Origin: Lepidodermella squamata
Lineage: Eukaryota; Animalia; Gastrotricha
Length of the DNA: 64,000 nucleotides
Assembly (NCBI GenBank): GCA_047495785.1
Contig: JBLDXI010000003.1
Location: 2,790,001 to 2,854,000 of the forward strand
Direction of reading: 5' to 3'
The position numbers were made by a program, and so were the translations under genes. Under the pieces are notes generated by a model that ran no database searches, had not been told where the DNA came from, and saw nothing but the letters and a program-made list of their open reading frames with translations. Shown one piece after another: positions 24,230 to 35,972 of this stretch. The stretch's first letter is position 1, and each line of letters begins with the position of its first letter.

Positions 24230-24623
24230 CGCGTTGAGTGCTGAAATACTGACTTTTACGCTGCTGGTTTCAAGTTTAACTTGAATAGAATAAGGTTTAT
24301 GAAACCGTGTTATGCTTTAGTTTTTTAGCATTAAAACCTTCACTTTTATTAAATTCATTGATTAAATTATCTAATTTTACTTTGTCATTCGGGTTATTTC
24401 GCTAAAGCAATAAAAGTCACGGAACGATCGACGGTGAGTATCAAGTGAAAATCGAACTGAATGAAAAATGAAATATGTCTAATTTACATTAAAAATCCGA
24501 TATTCTGCTGGGGAACCAGCGGTGCAAATGAAGAACAACAAGATAAAACTAAAGGTTTAAGGGTTTTAGGTAGGCCTAGATTCCAAATAACATATCACCT
24601 ACCGCGCGAGAACCCATGAACCA

Positions 24624-24907
24624 TGTTCACGCAACTGAGAGTTAGAAGTTAGAGGTTAGATTGTCGAGTTCTTGCACCTTTTGACGGCACCGGCACTCGA
24701 ATGTATCTCTCTAGATAAGGTCAGGATCCTATCTTACGGAATCGAGACGATGATATTGGATCTAGGTCTCTCGGCAACCATCCCCTATTTACCTTCTATT
24801 CACGACGTGCCGGCTTCGTATTGATGATAAGCTCGGAGCTATTGGGACGGGCAAGGGCTTTCTGGCTCTCTGTGGCAGTGCCGTCCGTCAGCGGCAGCGA
24901 TTGAACA
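24624..24907. mobile_element. Possible solo-LTR-like insertion
   Basis: Bounded by TGTTCA...TGAACA and more GC-rich than the flanks. No TSD or clear polyA signal. Confidence 0.25.
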
Positions 24908-25716
24908 TCAGGCCTCGTGTTCCTCGCTAAAATCCAAATTAATTTCCCTGTCATGCCTTCGCGCTTTTATCGGCGCCCTTTTGCCATAGAGTCATAGAGG
25001 ATACATTTTGGAAGACAGAAAATTTATTATCAGGCTTATCATTTTCATTCATTTTGAGCAGGAAGGTATCGTCAAAATAACAGAAAAATGACATTTTTCA
25101 ATGCATTGCTCTGGGCACACGCAGCTTTCAATTAAGCAGAACGCGACCATCGCACCTCGAGATTTTGAAAACATTAATATCCAGCGTAAAATTATGAATC
25201 CATTTTTTGTTTTTAAAACCAGTTAAAATTGGTTTTGAAATTTCGAAAAAATAATCAGCGTGTTCCTCGTGATTTCCTGTCTGGATCCATCAACCAAACC
25301 CTTTGGGAAAATCGAAACCGCCACGGAACCAGTAAAAAAAGAATCGAATATTGTGTTTACTGCGCTGATGAATGCGTTGACCATCTGGCGCCCATGGCGT
25401 AGCACCCTTTTTCTCGTGAGTAAACAGTCTATCCTAAATTACGTCTATGGGAGGAATAGATATTAATATTCCTCCAAGCATATTACGCAACAAAGCAAAC
25501 AAAGATCGCGCATTCAGGTGAGCTGCCTCCATAGCCATAGAGCTAGTTTTAAGATAGAGGTCCTCATTGAGCTAGTTTTAAAATAGATGCCCTACTCGTG
25601 AAGAAGCCTGCAAACGCCATGGGCACCAGATGTTGTGATGAATCAGCATCGAGTGGTTGGAAAAGTAAACAAATCAGGTGATTTTCGATCGCTCATTATT
25701 CTTGAACAATTAATCA

Positions 25717-26406
25717 CAATCAATAATTTCCGGCAGTTCCGGATAGCTCTTGAAACGATGAACACATTGATTATTTTTTCGAAATTTTAACTATTTTTGA
25801 AATGGGGAAAATCGCATAAAAATGAAATTGATCAATTAATAAAATATGACAATTGCCAATAAGACAGTGAAATTGAAGGGTATTTTTAATGTACCAGGCA
25901 ATTCTCAACATTTCTAGCTCTACATTTCTATGCTTGGAGCGAGCTTGGAATATTTTTTTCTGATTTCCTAAAAATTGGTATTCATTGCATGAATGGTGTT
26001 TCACTACATTCGAACTCTGATCCAGCTCCGGACTCAATTCAGCCACACCATGTGTAAATGGCGCACGTGCTGTCAACAAAAATTCTTGATAGAATCCAAC
26101 AGGCAACCTCCATTTTGTAATGTAAAAACCCAAGTGGAATAATTCATAAAATCATAGAAAACCAGGAAAAAAATCTTCCAAGCTCGCTCCAAGCATAAAA
26201 ATGTAGACCTTGATCAGAATTACCCACCCTATTCGAAATATGCAATATGCTTCAATTTCGATTTAATTTTTGGTTAATGTCGATTTATTTTTGAAATCAC
26301 GAATTAGTTTTTTAACGATTTCACTGCTTTACATTGCTCTGAAAATTTCCAATCAATGTGTTCTTCGTTTCAAGAGCTATCCGGAACTGCCGGAAATTAT
26401 CGACTG
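25717..26406. mobile_element. Non-autonomous foldback/MITE-type DNA transposon with long imperfect TIRs
   Basis: 25723-25772 (ataatttccggcagttccggatagctcttgaaacgatgaacacattgatt) is a near-perfect reverse complement of 26351-26400. The inner arms atgcttggagcgagcttggaa (~25929) and ttccaagctcgctccaagcat (~26176) also pair. Confidence 0.8.
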
Positions 26407-26494
26407 AACGATTGAAGTTGACGTAGTAAAAATTAACGCGTGCCAGACCTGACCATTATTTGAACCTAACCTTTATTATTTCCATTGACATTCG

Positions 26495-26559
26495 GACCCC
26501 GTCTTATATTTGTGGCCGACTTTTAAACGAGGCTGACTAACTTTTCGGCCAGTACGGTA
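26495..26559. mobile_element. Right end of a Tc1/pogo-type MITE (same family as 44056-44241)
   Basis: gaccccgtcttatattt...cagtacggta matches the right arm of the element at 44179-44243. Confidence 0.6.
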
Positions 26560-28574
26560 TCATATAAATTGTTGAATTCCAACGAGTATTGAAAGATTTG
26601 AAAGTGAATCAACGAGCGAAGCGAGACATTTTTCAGAAGATTGTGGCTATTTATCATCCGCATACGTCGAATTTTGCTGGAAATGTGCACAAATTATGTG
26701 AAACCCCGGACTATTGCCCTCGAAAGAGCCGTCCGGCCACACGCAATGCAAGAGAGTGGGCCTCGCCGGCCGCATGCCGCCGGGAACACGGTGTTTGAGA
26801 ACCACTGATGTCGTAGTTAGTGAGTCGAAACAAGCTTTATTAAAATCGATAAGTTTTTATCGATCTTTGTTCTTAGCAATGGAATAATCGGCAGTCAGAC
26901 GTCAGCAAACCTTGGGCAAACAGTTTTGTTGAGAATCGGCAACAAGAAAAACCTCTGGATAATTCTGGAAAAGCATATTACAATACTTGGATCGAAATAA
27001 AATCGCGCGCCGCCGCTGTGCGCTCGGAGAGAAATCAGTGATTATAGTCTATCCTGGCCCCGCTACTGTCTTTTCTTTAAAGGTAACATTTGAAATTGTT
27101 GGTTACTTTGAAATAAGCAACAGCTGGCATGGGTTCACTGTTTCATTGAACTCCATAAAAATCCTTTTGTATTCGATTAGAAATAAGGCGCGCGTCTCAG
27201 CTAGCCGATTCCCGGATATCGTACATCGCATTCGTAAATGTCTTCACCTTCCGGATCTCCTATCGCCTTGGATTCAGCCCAAATTTATTCTTTGACGCAT
27301 CGCATTGTCATTTTCGATCAAATAATGCGAAGTTATATATTTGTTCTATTCCCTCTAGAACGGCGAAAAGCGAAGATTTAAAACCTGATGATGAGATGGA
27401 AAGCCGATCCTAGAGATACCAGGAGAACTTCTTCGTTTTAATTTTAACATTTTAATTAAATTTCACCTGTTGTTATTGGACTGCGTAGATGTTTTTATCC
27501 TCACAAATGCAATAAAAGTTATTTCTGAAAGTCTGAAAGTGAACTTTGACCTTTTCTGGCAAGGTGCGAGTGTCGGGGAGCGTAAACCTGAAATATTGAC
27601 ATATTTTTAATGCAAAGCTCGGATCTTCAGATACTGATGTGTTAGATGGAAATTTCCAGCTTTCGTCTTCTGCAGCGGAAAACCTTTCTCGTAAACTCAG
27701 TTTAGATGAAAATTAATTGGAAATGCAACAGAGTGTAATTTATTTCAGAGAAGTTTACTTCAGTTTCGCAAGGGCTTACTGTCCACAGTTTTCAACTTCA
27801 ATTCAGCGCAGAGAACAAAGATAAGCATCAAGGTGGAAGGTGAAATGATTGGTGTATGCAGTATTTAGGGATGTTGAATCAGGTATCAGGACGCTGACCA
27901 GATATTTACTTAGATACTTTCACAACTCAGACCAGCTTTTGCAGCATGCTTCAGGTCGTAGTCGTAAGGTGAAAACATTTAGCACTCAAGAAAATGACTG
28001 ACATATTTGAATGGTTGATCCACAACATACATAGCAATTAGCAATTCCTTTTCACAGCGAAATAATTCTCACTGATTGGGATTTTGAAATGTTCACACTT
28101 GTTACTGTTCACAACTAATCACAAATCACAAGACAAATACATCTCCGCATTTGACAATGCATTCGCAAACGAGATCATATATATTTGACATTGACACTAG
28201 CAACGAATCAGTCAATGACATTTTTACGTATATACATAGCGGAGAAGAAAGAAAAGGTACTAAAAGTAATTAGTTAAAAAAATGAAAAATTATATTTTGA
28301 AATTTTGCCGGATAAAAACATCAAACTGATATTAGAATTACATGCCAGATGCAAGATATTTTATCGCGAGAAATTGTAAAGTTTTTAATATTGGATACTA
28401 ATCCTGAGAGAACTAATACTTATAAATGGTTAAAATGAAGTGAAATGGGCTAAGTAATCCTGAAATAATAGATCAAAGAAATTCAATTTCTTTTAGACAT
28501 TATCAGTAAATAAAACTAATGCGACTCTCCACTCAATTACCCCTGGCCCCTGGCACTGCCACTGAGACAGCAAC

Positions 28575-31248
28575 TCACTGATTTATGACTGTGTAGCAAT
28601 AGATGTGTATAGCAGCAAAGAACCCGATCGAAGCCAAGAAAATGAGTAGATCGAGGAATCGAACATTGCTGAATTTCTTCTTCATGGCTCGCCGACCCGC
28701 CCAGGCCGTTCCAGCTAAATTAATCGCCGCGAGATGATAGATTGTGACAAAGGCCGTGAAAAAGCTCATGATTTTGATGTAGTCACCGAGTAAAACCCCA
28801 TTACGGGTTTTTGGAACATGGCCCATGATATCAGATTGAGCCACAGTCATAGCTAGGAGAGTGGTTACGGCGAAGTTCGGGCGATCTGGAATATCAGGCG
28901 GCATAAGAAATGTCGCCAGATCTAAAGCCGCCAATAATACACTCGGCAAGGCTAAATTAATGACGTAGTAATCCGGAATCCTTTTGAGAACAACGCTGTA
29001 CTTCACAAAATGGGCGTATTGACCTTTAAAGTAGCGAGTGCCGTACGTCACGTTCGAGGCGACATAGCGCCATTCCTCTGTCTCCTGTTCCCGCCAAGCG
29101 AACAGCGACTTACTCTCATCGAAACGCACTACCTTAGTAGACCGGATATGCTCCATGATGAACGAGCACTCTTGCTGATCGAAAGGAAATCGTCGCAAAT
29201 CGAGACCACAAACAGATTTGAAGCTTCCCTCGATGCTCCAAAAAAAGTCGAGTGTCTTATTTACTTCACCCGGAGTTACAGTTACCGTCAGATCACGACC
29301 GTAGCTATCGCCCAACATGAAGACATTGTCCACTGCTGTGCTTGTAAAGCGTAGTTTGGGCACCCAGACAGTATCCGGTGACGGTACATACAGAGATTCC
29401 CTCCGCTTTGTGATAGATGTTATGCTATTTGCCGCGCATGTCGTCACGTTCCACGCCATGACCAAAGTGCCACTGACGTCGATAATTTGCTCAACGTTGT
29501 TGACCTCGTTGAGGCTCTCGACTTGAAAAGCAATCGTTATGATATTGGTTTTTTCGTTATTCGGTGGAACGGATCGATCTGCTGTGAAATCATCACATTC
29601 TTTCATTGCGTTTTCAACGGGTTCCGGCTTGAACGACTCGGGAGGCAGCATAGGAACGACATTCGCAACCATATCGAGTCGAGGGCTCCGAGGTGGCCAA
29701 TGTTGCAGCTGGAGTTGCTTTTTGCGTTACAACATTTGCGGTTGACGATGTGGATATAGCTGAAATGGTATTAGAAGTTGATGACATCGTAGTGGTGGTT
29801 GTCGTAGGTGTCGTTGTTGTCGTAGTTGTAGGTACTGCAGTGGTCGTTATCGGAGTTTTCCAAGTGTTGCAAGCATTTGACAGGTTTGCGATTTCAGCTC
29901 TTGTGAGACAGGCGCTGTAATGAAAAAAGCATGCCATTGCATCTCCAGCCTGCATGCCAGAATATACTCCCGGGACGATTCCGAAATAAATGTGAGTGCT
30001 TTGAGAAATATCCAGATCAGTTCTGGTTTCAGCCGTCAACAGCGAATTCCCAAGGTAAGCAGTCAAACCTGAAGTTGCCCCGTCGAAGGTAATAGCAATG
30101 AAATGCCATTGTCCGGGGTTGATAACATTGAAATAGTTGGTATCGCTATTTCGCAAACCTATGGCCAGACCGTATGAGGGACGATAGGACAAATAGAACA
30201 AATTCAATCCTGCGCCATAAAAACTATAAATTCCTCGATTTGCAGCTGGATCTGCTGCATAAAAATACAGAGCAGTCGTAAATGATTTGTTAGTTGAGAA
30301 TGTTTTCGAAGTGGCCAGGATTCCGCCGATTCCGTCAATCCCAGGATATGTTTTCATAGAAGAGTTTGCTGCACCAAAAGGACCGTTTATAGAATTTTGT
30401 AAAGCTCCAAGCAAAGATCCGGAATTACCATCGCTGGAAACCTGAAGATTTTTTGCAACATCAGTCATGTAGGAATAGTCATCCATTGGGAGGAAAAACT
30501 GGATATCTGCGTCACGAGGCCAACTGCGACTCGCTTCAACCGATGACTTCAGCTTCCAGTCTCTGCAAGCCGACGGTAGCTGAGCGATCTCTTCCTTGGC
30601 CATTTTATTCGCGTAACGCATAAAGCATGCAATGGAATCGTTTTGGCCCAGCAGAGCCGTATCACTCTTGCCCAAAGTAAGAGTTAGTCCTCCACCTAGG
30701 GTCATTGTATAAGAAAATGAATTTATCAGATCGATGTTTTCGCCAAGATATATCCTCCAACTACTGGCGATGTACGTGATAGCGACAAATGTCCACTTGT
30801 TTGGCGTCACAGTGACCGTTGTAACATGGGTACCGCTCACCATTATCCTGATACCTGAATCGGTTGAAATGTACCTCAACGCAAACAATGTCGGATCAGC
30901 AGGACTGGAATAAAGGAAAATTCCACGATCTACGGTTTGATCGTTTGCAGAAGCGTAGAAGTAAAACGACTGAGTGAATCCTTGGCTGAACGCCATAGAG
31001 ACAGAGCAGATTTTCGACGTACCGATTTTGTACGATGTATTCGGGACGTTGAACGGCCCATTGACAGTGGTTTGAACAGATCCGCCACCAGTTGTATTTA
31101 GGGTAGCATTATTGACCCCTGATACATCACTGCATCCTGCAGTTTCGTCCAGCGGTAGAAACAGTTCAATATCGCGTTGCTTTGGCCAAAATGCAAGTGA
31201 CACAATAAATAAGAAGCCCATCAGAAAAAAGCATTGAAGGAGTAACAT
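28575..31248 (-). pseudogene. LamG-LamG-Cys-loop channel, copy C (frameshift at the stalk/channel junction, ~29676)
   Basis: ATG at 31248. ORF1 encodes SP-LamG-LamG-stalk and then runs out of frame. ORF 29672-28575 encodes the whole channel. Alignment to B shows a net 8-nt deletion (tgccatggt > g). Confidence 0.85.
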
Positions 31249-31933
31249 CGCGCTGAGTGATTGAAAATACTGACTTCTGATGTTTTCCAAGGTCAACGTG
31301 AATAGAACAAGGTTTAAAATCCGCGTTATGCTTTAGTTTCTCGGCATTCGAATACCCTCTTTTATTAAATTCATCGATTATATTCTACCTTGTTATGTGG
31401 GTTCTACGCGAAGTAATAAAAGTCATTTGTATACACAAAATTTCATGAAGCTGGCTGGGGGCTGGGGAACGAGTATCAGATGAGTATAAGATTAAAACGG
31501 AACTGAATGCATACTTGTGTCAACGGTTCTGTATGAAAAGAGCAAGCGAAATAAGAGGAATGATACCTATGAGTCAATTTTTTGTCGAGCTGTTCGTTCC
31601 GCAACAATATAATCGCACGCGTCGAATAAGTTATTTCTTCGAAGAATTGGCAGCAAAACCCGCCTTCCTGGTTAGCTTTTGAACTGCCAACGGAAAATAA
31701 TGAGCAACATCACGTGTCTTAAGCCATTTTATTGCTTTGGTCATAATAGTTCAAAAACCATGTTTCACTTTTCAGTGGCATAACACTCAAAGCGCGGTAA
31801 TACGGTATAAATGTTACAATTATTTCTGATTAATTATTTAATTTGGTATTTTCATCTATATATTGAACCAGCTAAACAAAAGATTGTTTCTAGTAATAGA
31901 AGAGCAGCCGAAATTAATGTCTCTGAATAACAG

Positions 31934-32256
31934 ATTAACCACGAATAACCAAAGTAGGATAAGCATGCGTATAGCGATGAAGATTGACAGCAGGGAAACT
32001 ACAAAAACCAGCTCGTCAAGAAACCGGACATTGTTGATTTTCTTTTTTAATACTCGTCGCTCGGCCCATTGAGTACCAGCTAGCAGGCAGGATAGAGGGT
32101 TATAAACGCTGCCTGGAAACCGTTAACTCTAATGTAGTCACCCAGAAGAATCCCATCGTTAGCATTAAAACCTTCGCTTTCATTAAATTCATTGATTAAA
32201 CTATTCAATTTTAGTTTGTTATTCGGGCTATTTCGCAAAAGCAATAAGAGTCACTG
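31934..32256 (-). pseudogene. Collapsed relic: D-like channel 3' end fused to B-like 5' flank
   Basis: 31934-32158 matches the M3-M4 end of copy D (32617-32844). 32159-32256 matches the upstream region of copy B (24326-24422). Confidence 0.8.
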
Positions 32257-32616
32257 AAGGAGTGACGGCAGCAACTTACTCGTGTATATTTACCGCTTTT
32301 CTCCGTTTCTGGCAATACAATCTGTATTTCTTCTCGCAAAGTATCAACATTTTAGGGCTTAGTAATTTGACTGATTTGTCTATGCTGCTAATTTGTAATC
32401 GAAATGCAGTTCTAGATAGATCGAAAGTGATCAAACCTTACAAATAGAAATTTTACTTTAGGAAACTTTCTTCAGTGGGTACAATCGCAAACTTCGCTGC
32501 ACATCAGGTATATCGAAACATCTCAACAAAATAATAGCATATATGTTTTAGCTACGTGTGTAGGAATAGAAACGTGTGGAAAAGACGAGTCGAAATGTAG
32601 AGTTCTCAATAAAAGA

Positions 32617-35349
32617 TTATCCGCGAATAATTATCAGACAATAAGCATGTATAGCGATGAACATGGACAGGGAAGCTGCAAAAACCAGCACGTCAAGAAA
32701 CCGGACATTGCTGATTTTCTTTTTTAAAGCTCGTCGCTCAGCCCATTGAGTACCAGCTAGCAGGCAGGCAAACAGATGATAGAGGGTTATAAACGCTGCC
32801 AGGAGACCGGTAACTTTAATGTAGTCACCCAGGAGAATCCCATCGTCACTTTTCGGCAGTTGGTTCAATACATCCGATTGGGCCACAGTAAGCGCTAGAA
32901 GAGTAGTTATCGCGAAATTCGGGCGATCTGGCGCATCAGGTGGCAGCAAGAAAGTAGCCAGATCCAAGACAGCTAACAAAGCACTCGGCAAAGCCAGATT
33001 CATAATGTAGTAGTCGGCAATTCTATCCAAAACCACGGCATATTTGACATACTGAACTTCCTGACCCTTGAAAATTCGTGAATCGAATGTCACATTCGAA
33101 GCGACCCATCTCCATTCTGGCGTGTTGTAGTCTTGCCAAGCGAATAGCGACAGACTTTCATCAAATCGTACAACATTAGTCGATCGAACGAGTTCAAAGA
33201 TGAAGGAACATGTCTGCTGGTCGAATGGAAACCTACTCAGCTGAAGGAAGCAGACGGACTTGAAAATTCCTTCATTTGTCCAGTAGAAGTCGAAAGTTTG
33301 GTTGACTTTACCAGGCGTGGTCACAGCTGCCAGATCTTTTCCGAAGTCATCAGAGTTTTCCATGAATTTATTTCCTGCCGCGCCGCTTATGAACCGAATC
33401 TTAGGAATCCAGACCTTGTCAAGAGATGGGACGTAGATAGACTCAGCGTATCTCGTCATTTCAGTTGTGCTATCCATCGGGCATGTCGTAACTTTCCAAT
33501 TCAAAACCATAATACCGTCCACTTCGATGGTTTGCTGAACGTTGTCGATGGTATTAAGGCTAAATACCTCAAAGCCTATCTTCACACGGGTAGGTTCACC
33601 GTTGTTCGGAGGAACGGATCTCTCTGCCGTGAAGTCGTCGCATTCCTTCATTATGGTCTCAATAGGTGTTGGGTTTGTCGACTCTTTCGGCAGCATTGGG
33701 ATGATTTGCTGCATCACTATTGAGGAACGGATTTCGCGAGAGTTTGAAGGAATTGGTATCGCTTGGGGACTGATTGTAGTTCTATCTTGTTTTGCCGTTA
33801 TCTGTGTTGTTTTTGTTGTCGAAGTTGGCGGAATACTACTTGTAGTTGATGAAGCTTGAAATGTTGTAGTTGTTGTGGATAGCTTTGAAGATGCGGTAGA
33901 TGTTGCAGTTGTCGTTGTTGTCGACGGAGATGCTGTAGATGTTGTCGTTGTTGAAGTTGTAGCCGGAAGCAACCGCCAGTTCTTGCAAGTATCCGGGAGT
34001 TGCTTTATCTCCGCCTGCGATAGCGCGGTGTCAAATTGGAAAATGCAGGCCATTCTCAAAGTATCGTTGAATGGTTCAGGCCAAGCTTGAGCGTCATTAG
34101 ACTCGCCAAATGATGCGATGGTTCCATTTGTGAAGTCAAGTGAAGGCACGTTATAGCTTCCAATAAGGTGTGCCGATTCTCCGTGATAGAAGCTCAAGTT
34201 TTTCGACGTGGAGTCAAACGACAGCGCGAAGAAATGCCAAGTGTCCATTGAAACAGACATACCTTGTCCAATAAGCCCGTTTCGCAACGTATATAGCTTT
34301 GTCGTGGCTGACTCGGACACTAGCTCGAGAACATCGATGGAACTCAAGTAGCACTTTATAATGCCACGCCTGCTAAAAGTTGATTCGATTCCAAAGCGAA
34401 CATAAAGCGCTATCGTCGTTGAGGCGGAGTAGGCGACTTTTCCAGCAGCTACGAAGGCTCTAACAGGGCGCATAGATGTTCCAGGCACACTGAATGGCCC
34501 TGTCAAATCTGTGGAAATCGAGCCAGGAGCACCCCATACATCGAAGGGGATGCCGCGATAAACTTCGTTGCCATAGGAATATTCATCCAGGGGCAAGAAG
34601 TAGTACATCTTATCTGGCCTGACCCAGTTATTCGATGACTGCACTGAGGATTTTTCTTTCCAACCGCGACAAGCCCCGGGTAACTGATTCAGCTCAACCT
34701 TCTTCAGCCATGTCGAGTATAGCATGAAACATGCCATCGCATCATTTTTTGCCAATTTGGAATCAAGACTTCGCCCAATTTGCAGAATGTTGCTTGAGGC
34801 AAGATTGAAAACCTGCTCAAACGAGCTTTCTTTCTGTTGATTCTCACCAACATAGATTTTGGCGAGATTCCCTCCGTATGTGAATGAGACGAAATTCCAT
34901 TGCCCAGGTACTACTGCATTCGTCATGTTGAAAAACGAACCGCCTGTCATACCAATCTGAAGGGTTCCATCGGATTGAAGGTAATTCATAGACAATGTGC
35001 TTGTATCCGTACCGCTCGAGAACGTGAATAATCCACGTTTTGCCGTTGAGTCAGTGTTATCCGGGTAGAAATAGAACGACAGTGTCAATTCAGCTCCAAA
35101 GGAAGATTGCACGCTACATATTTGTTCTGTTGCGATTTTGAAGGCTGTTTTTGGCGACCCGAAAGGCCCGTTTCGCAAGGCTAGCACCCCGTTTTCACCG
35201 CTACAAATGGCTTGATTATTAACGACATCCGTCAAGTTCGAAACTTCATCCATTGGCATGAGGAATTTGAGATCTTTTTGACGCGGCCAATAGCCCAGCG
35301 ATCCATCGAATATTATAGCGAGAATAATCACACTGAAAACTGAATGCAT
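32617..35349 (-). CDS. LamG-LamG-mucin stalk-Cys-loop channel, copy D (intact, 910 aa)
   Basis: Signal peptide, two LamG-like repeats, Thr stalk, Cys-loop CFLQLSRFPFDQQTC, M2 PDRPNFAITTLLALTV, four TM helices. Confidence 0.9.
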   Translation of the reverse strand: MHSVFSVIILAIIFDGSLGYWPRQKDLKFLMPMDEVSNLTDVVNNQAICSGENGVLALRNGPFGSPKTAFKIATEQICSVQSSFGAELTLSFYFYPDNTDSTAKRGLFTFSSGTDTSTLSMNYLQSDGTLQIGMTGGSFFNMTNAVVPGQWNFVSFTYGGNLAKIYVGENQQKESSFEQVFNLASSNILQIGRSLDSKLAKNDAMACFMLYSTWLKKVELNQLPGACRGWKEKSSVQSSNNWVRPDKMYYFLPLDEYSYGNEVYRGIPFDVWGAPGSISTDLTGPFSVPGTSMRPVRAFVAAGKVAYSASTTIALYVRFGIESTFSRRGIIKCYLSSIDVLELVSESATTKLYTLRNGLIGQGMSVSMDTWHFFALSFDSTSKNLSFYHGESAHLIGSYNVPSLDFTNGTIASFGESNDAQAWPEPFNDTLRMACIFQFDTALSQAEIKQLPDTCKNWRLLPATTSTTTTSTASPSTTTTTATSTASSKLSTTTTTFQASSTTSSIPPTSTTKTTQITAKQDRTTISPQAIPIPSNSREIRSSIVMQQIIPMLPKESTNPTPIETIMKECDDFTAERSVPPNNGEPTRVKIGFEVFSLNTIDNVQQTIEVDGIMVLNWKVTTCPMDSTTEMTRYAESIYVPSLDKVWIPKIRFISGAAGNKFMENSDDFGKDLAAVTTPGKVNQTFDFYWTNEGIFKSVCFLQLSRFPFDQQTCSFIFELVRSTNVVRFDESLSLFAWQDYNTPEWRWVASNVTFDSRIFKGQEVQYVKYAVVLDRIADYYIMNLALPSALLAVLDLATFLLPPDAPDRPNFAITTLLALTVAQSDVLNQLPKSDDGILLGDYIKVTGLLAAFITLYHLFACLLAGTQWAERRALKKKISNVRFLDVLVFAASLSMFIAIHAYCLIIIRG

Positions 35350-35972
35350 CCTTAACCTCGGTTTGAAAATTGATCAGACCAGAGTTTTGTCAACGGGGAT
35401 TTTCAATTATTGTCGCCACCGTGAAAGTTCTCGGAATTTCAGCTTTGTTTACTTTGATCGCTATGGTTCGATTACCTGTAGAGAAAATATGTCAGGGCAC
35501 CGATAGGTTCCGACCACACATAGATGGCAAATAAACTGTGGGGGAGAAAGAGTATTTGTTGTTTGTCAAAAACATCGCATGGATTTGGAGCTTTGGGCTT
35601 TTGACACCTTTATTGAACGTTGACATTCGGCAGCGTTCATTCTTTCATTCCGTCGAGCCTGCGGGCAAAGGTTAACGGGTTCGGAAATGGCGCCATTCCA
35701 AAGCAAACAATATACGTCTGTTTTTTCGAAATCTCTCTGTCAAGTGTTAGTGTAAAAAGCATTCATGCTGTAATATCCGGCAAGGTAAGGATAACACGAA
35801 ATATTAACAAAATGCAAAAATGCAGAATCAAAGCGTAATACGTTTTATTCGTGGATTTATCGATTGAATAGCAGAAAAACACCGATCAAAATCAATAATA
35901 TAATAGTAAATTGTCATCGCTTTCCAGGGCGATATGAAACGTCAATTTCGCATCCTTTTTGAAGGATTATTA

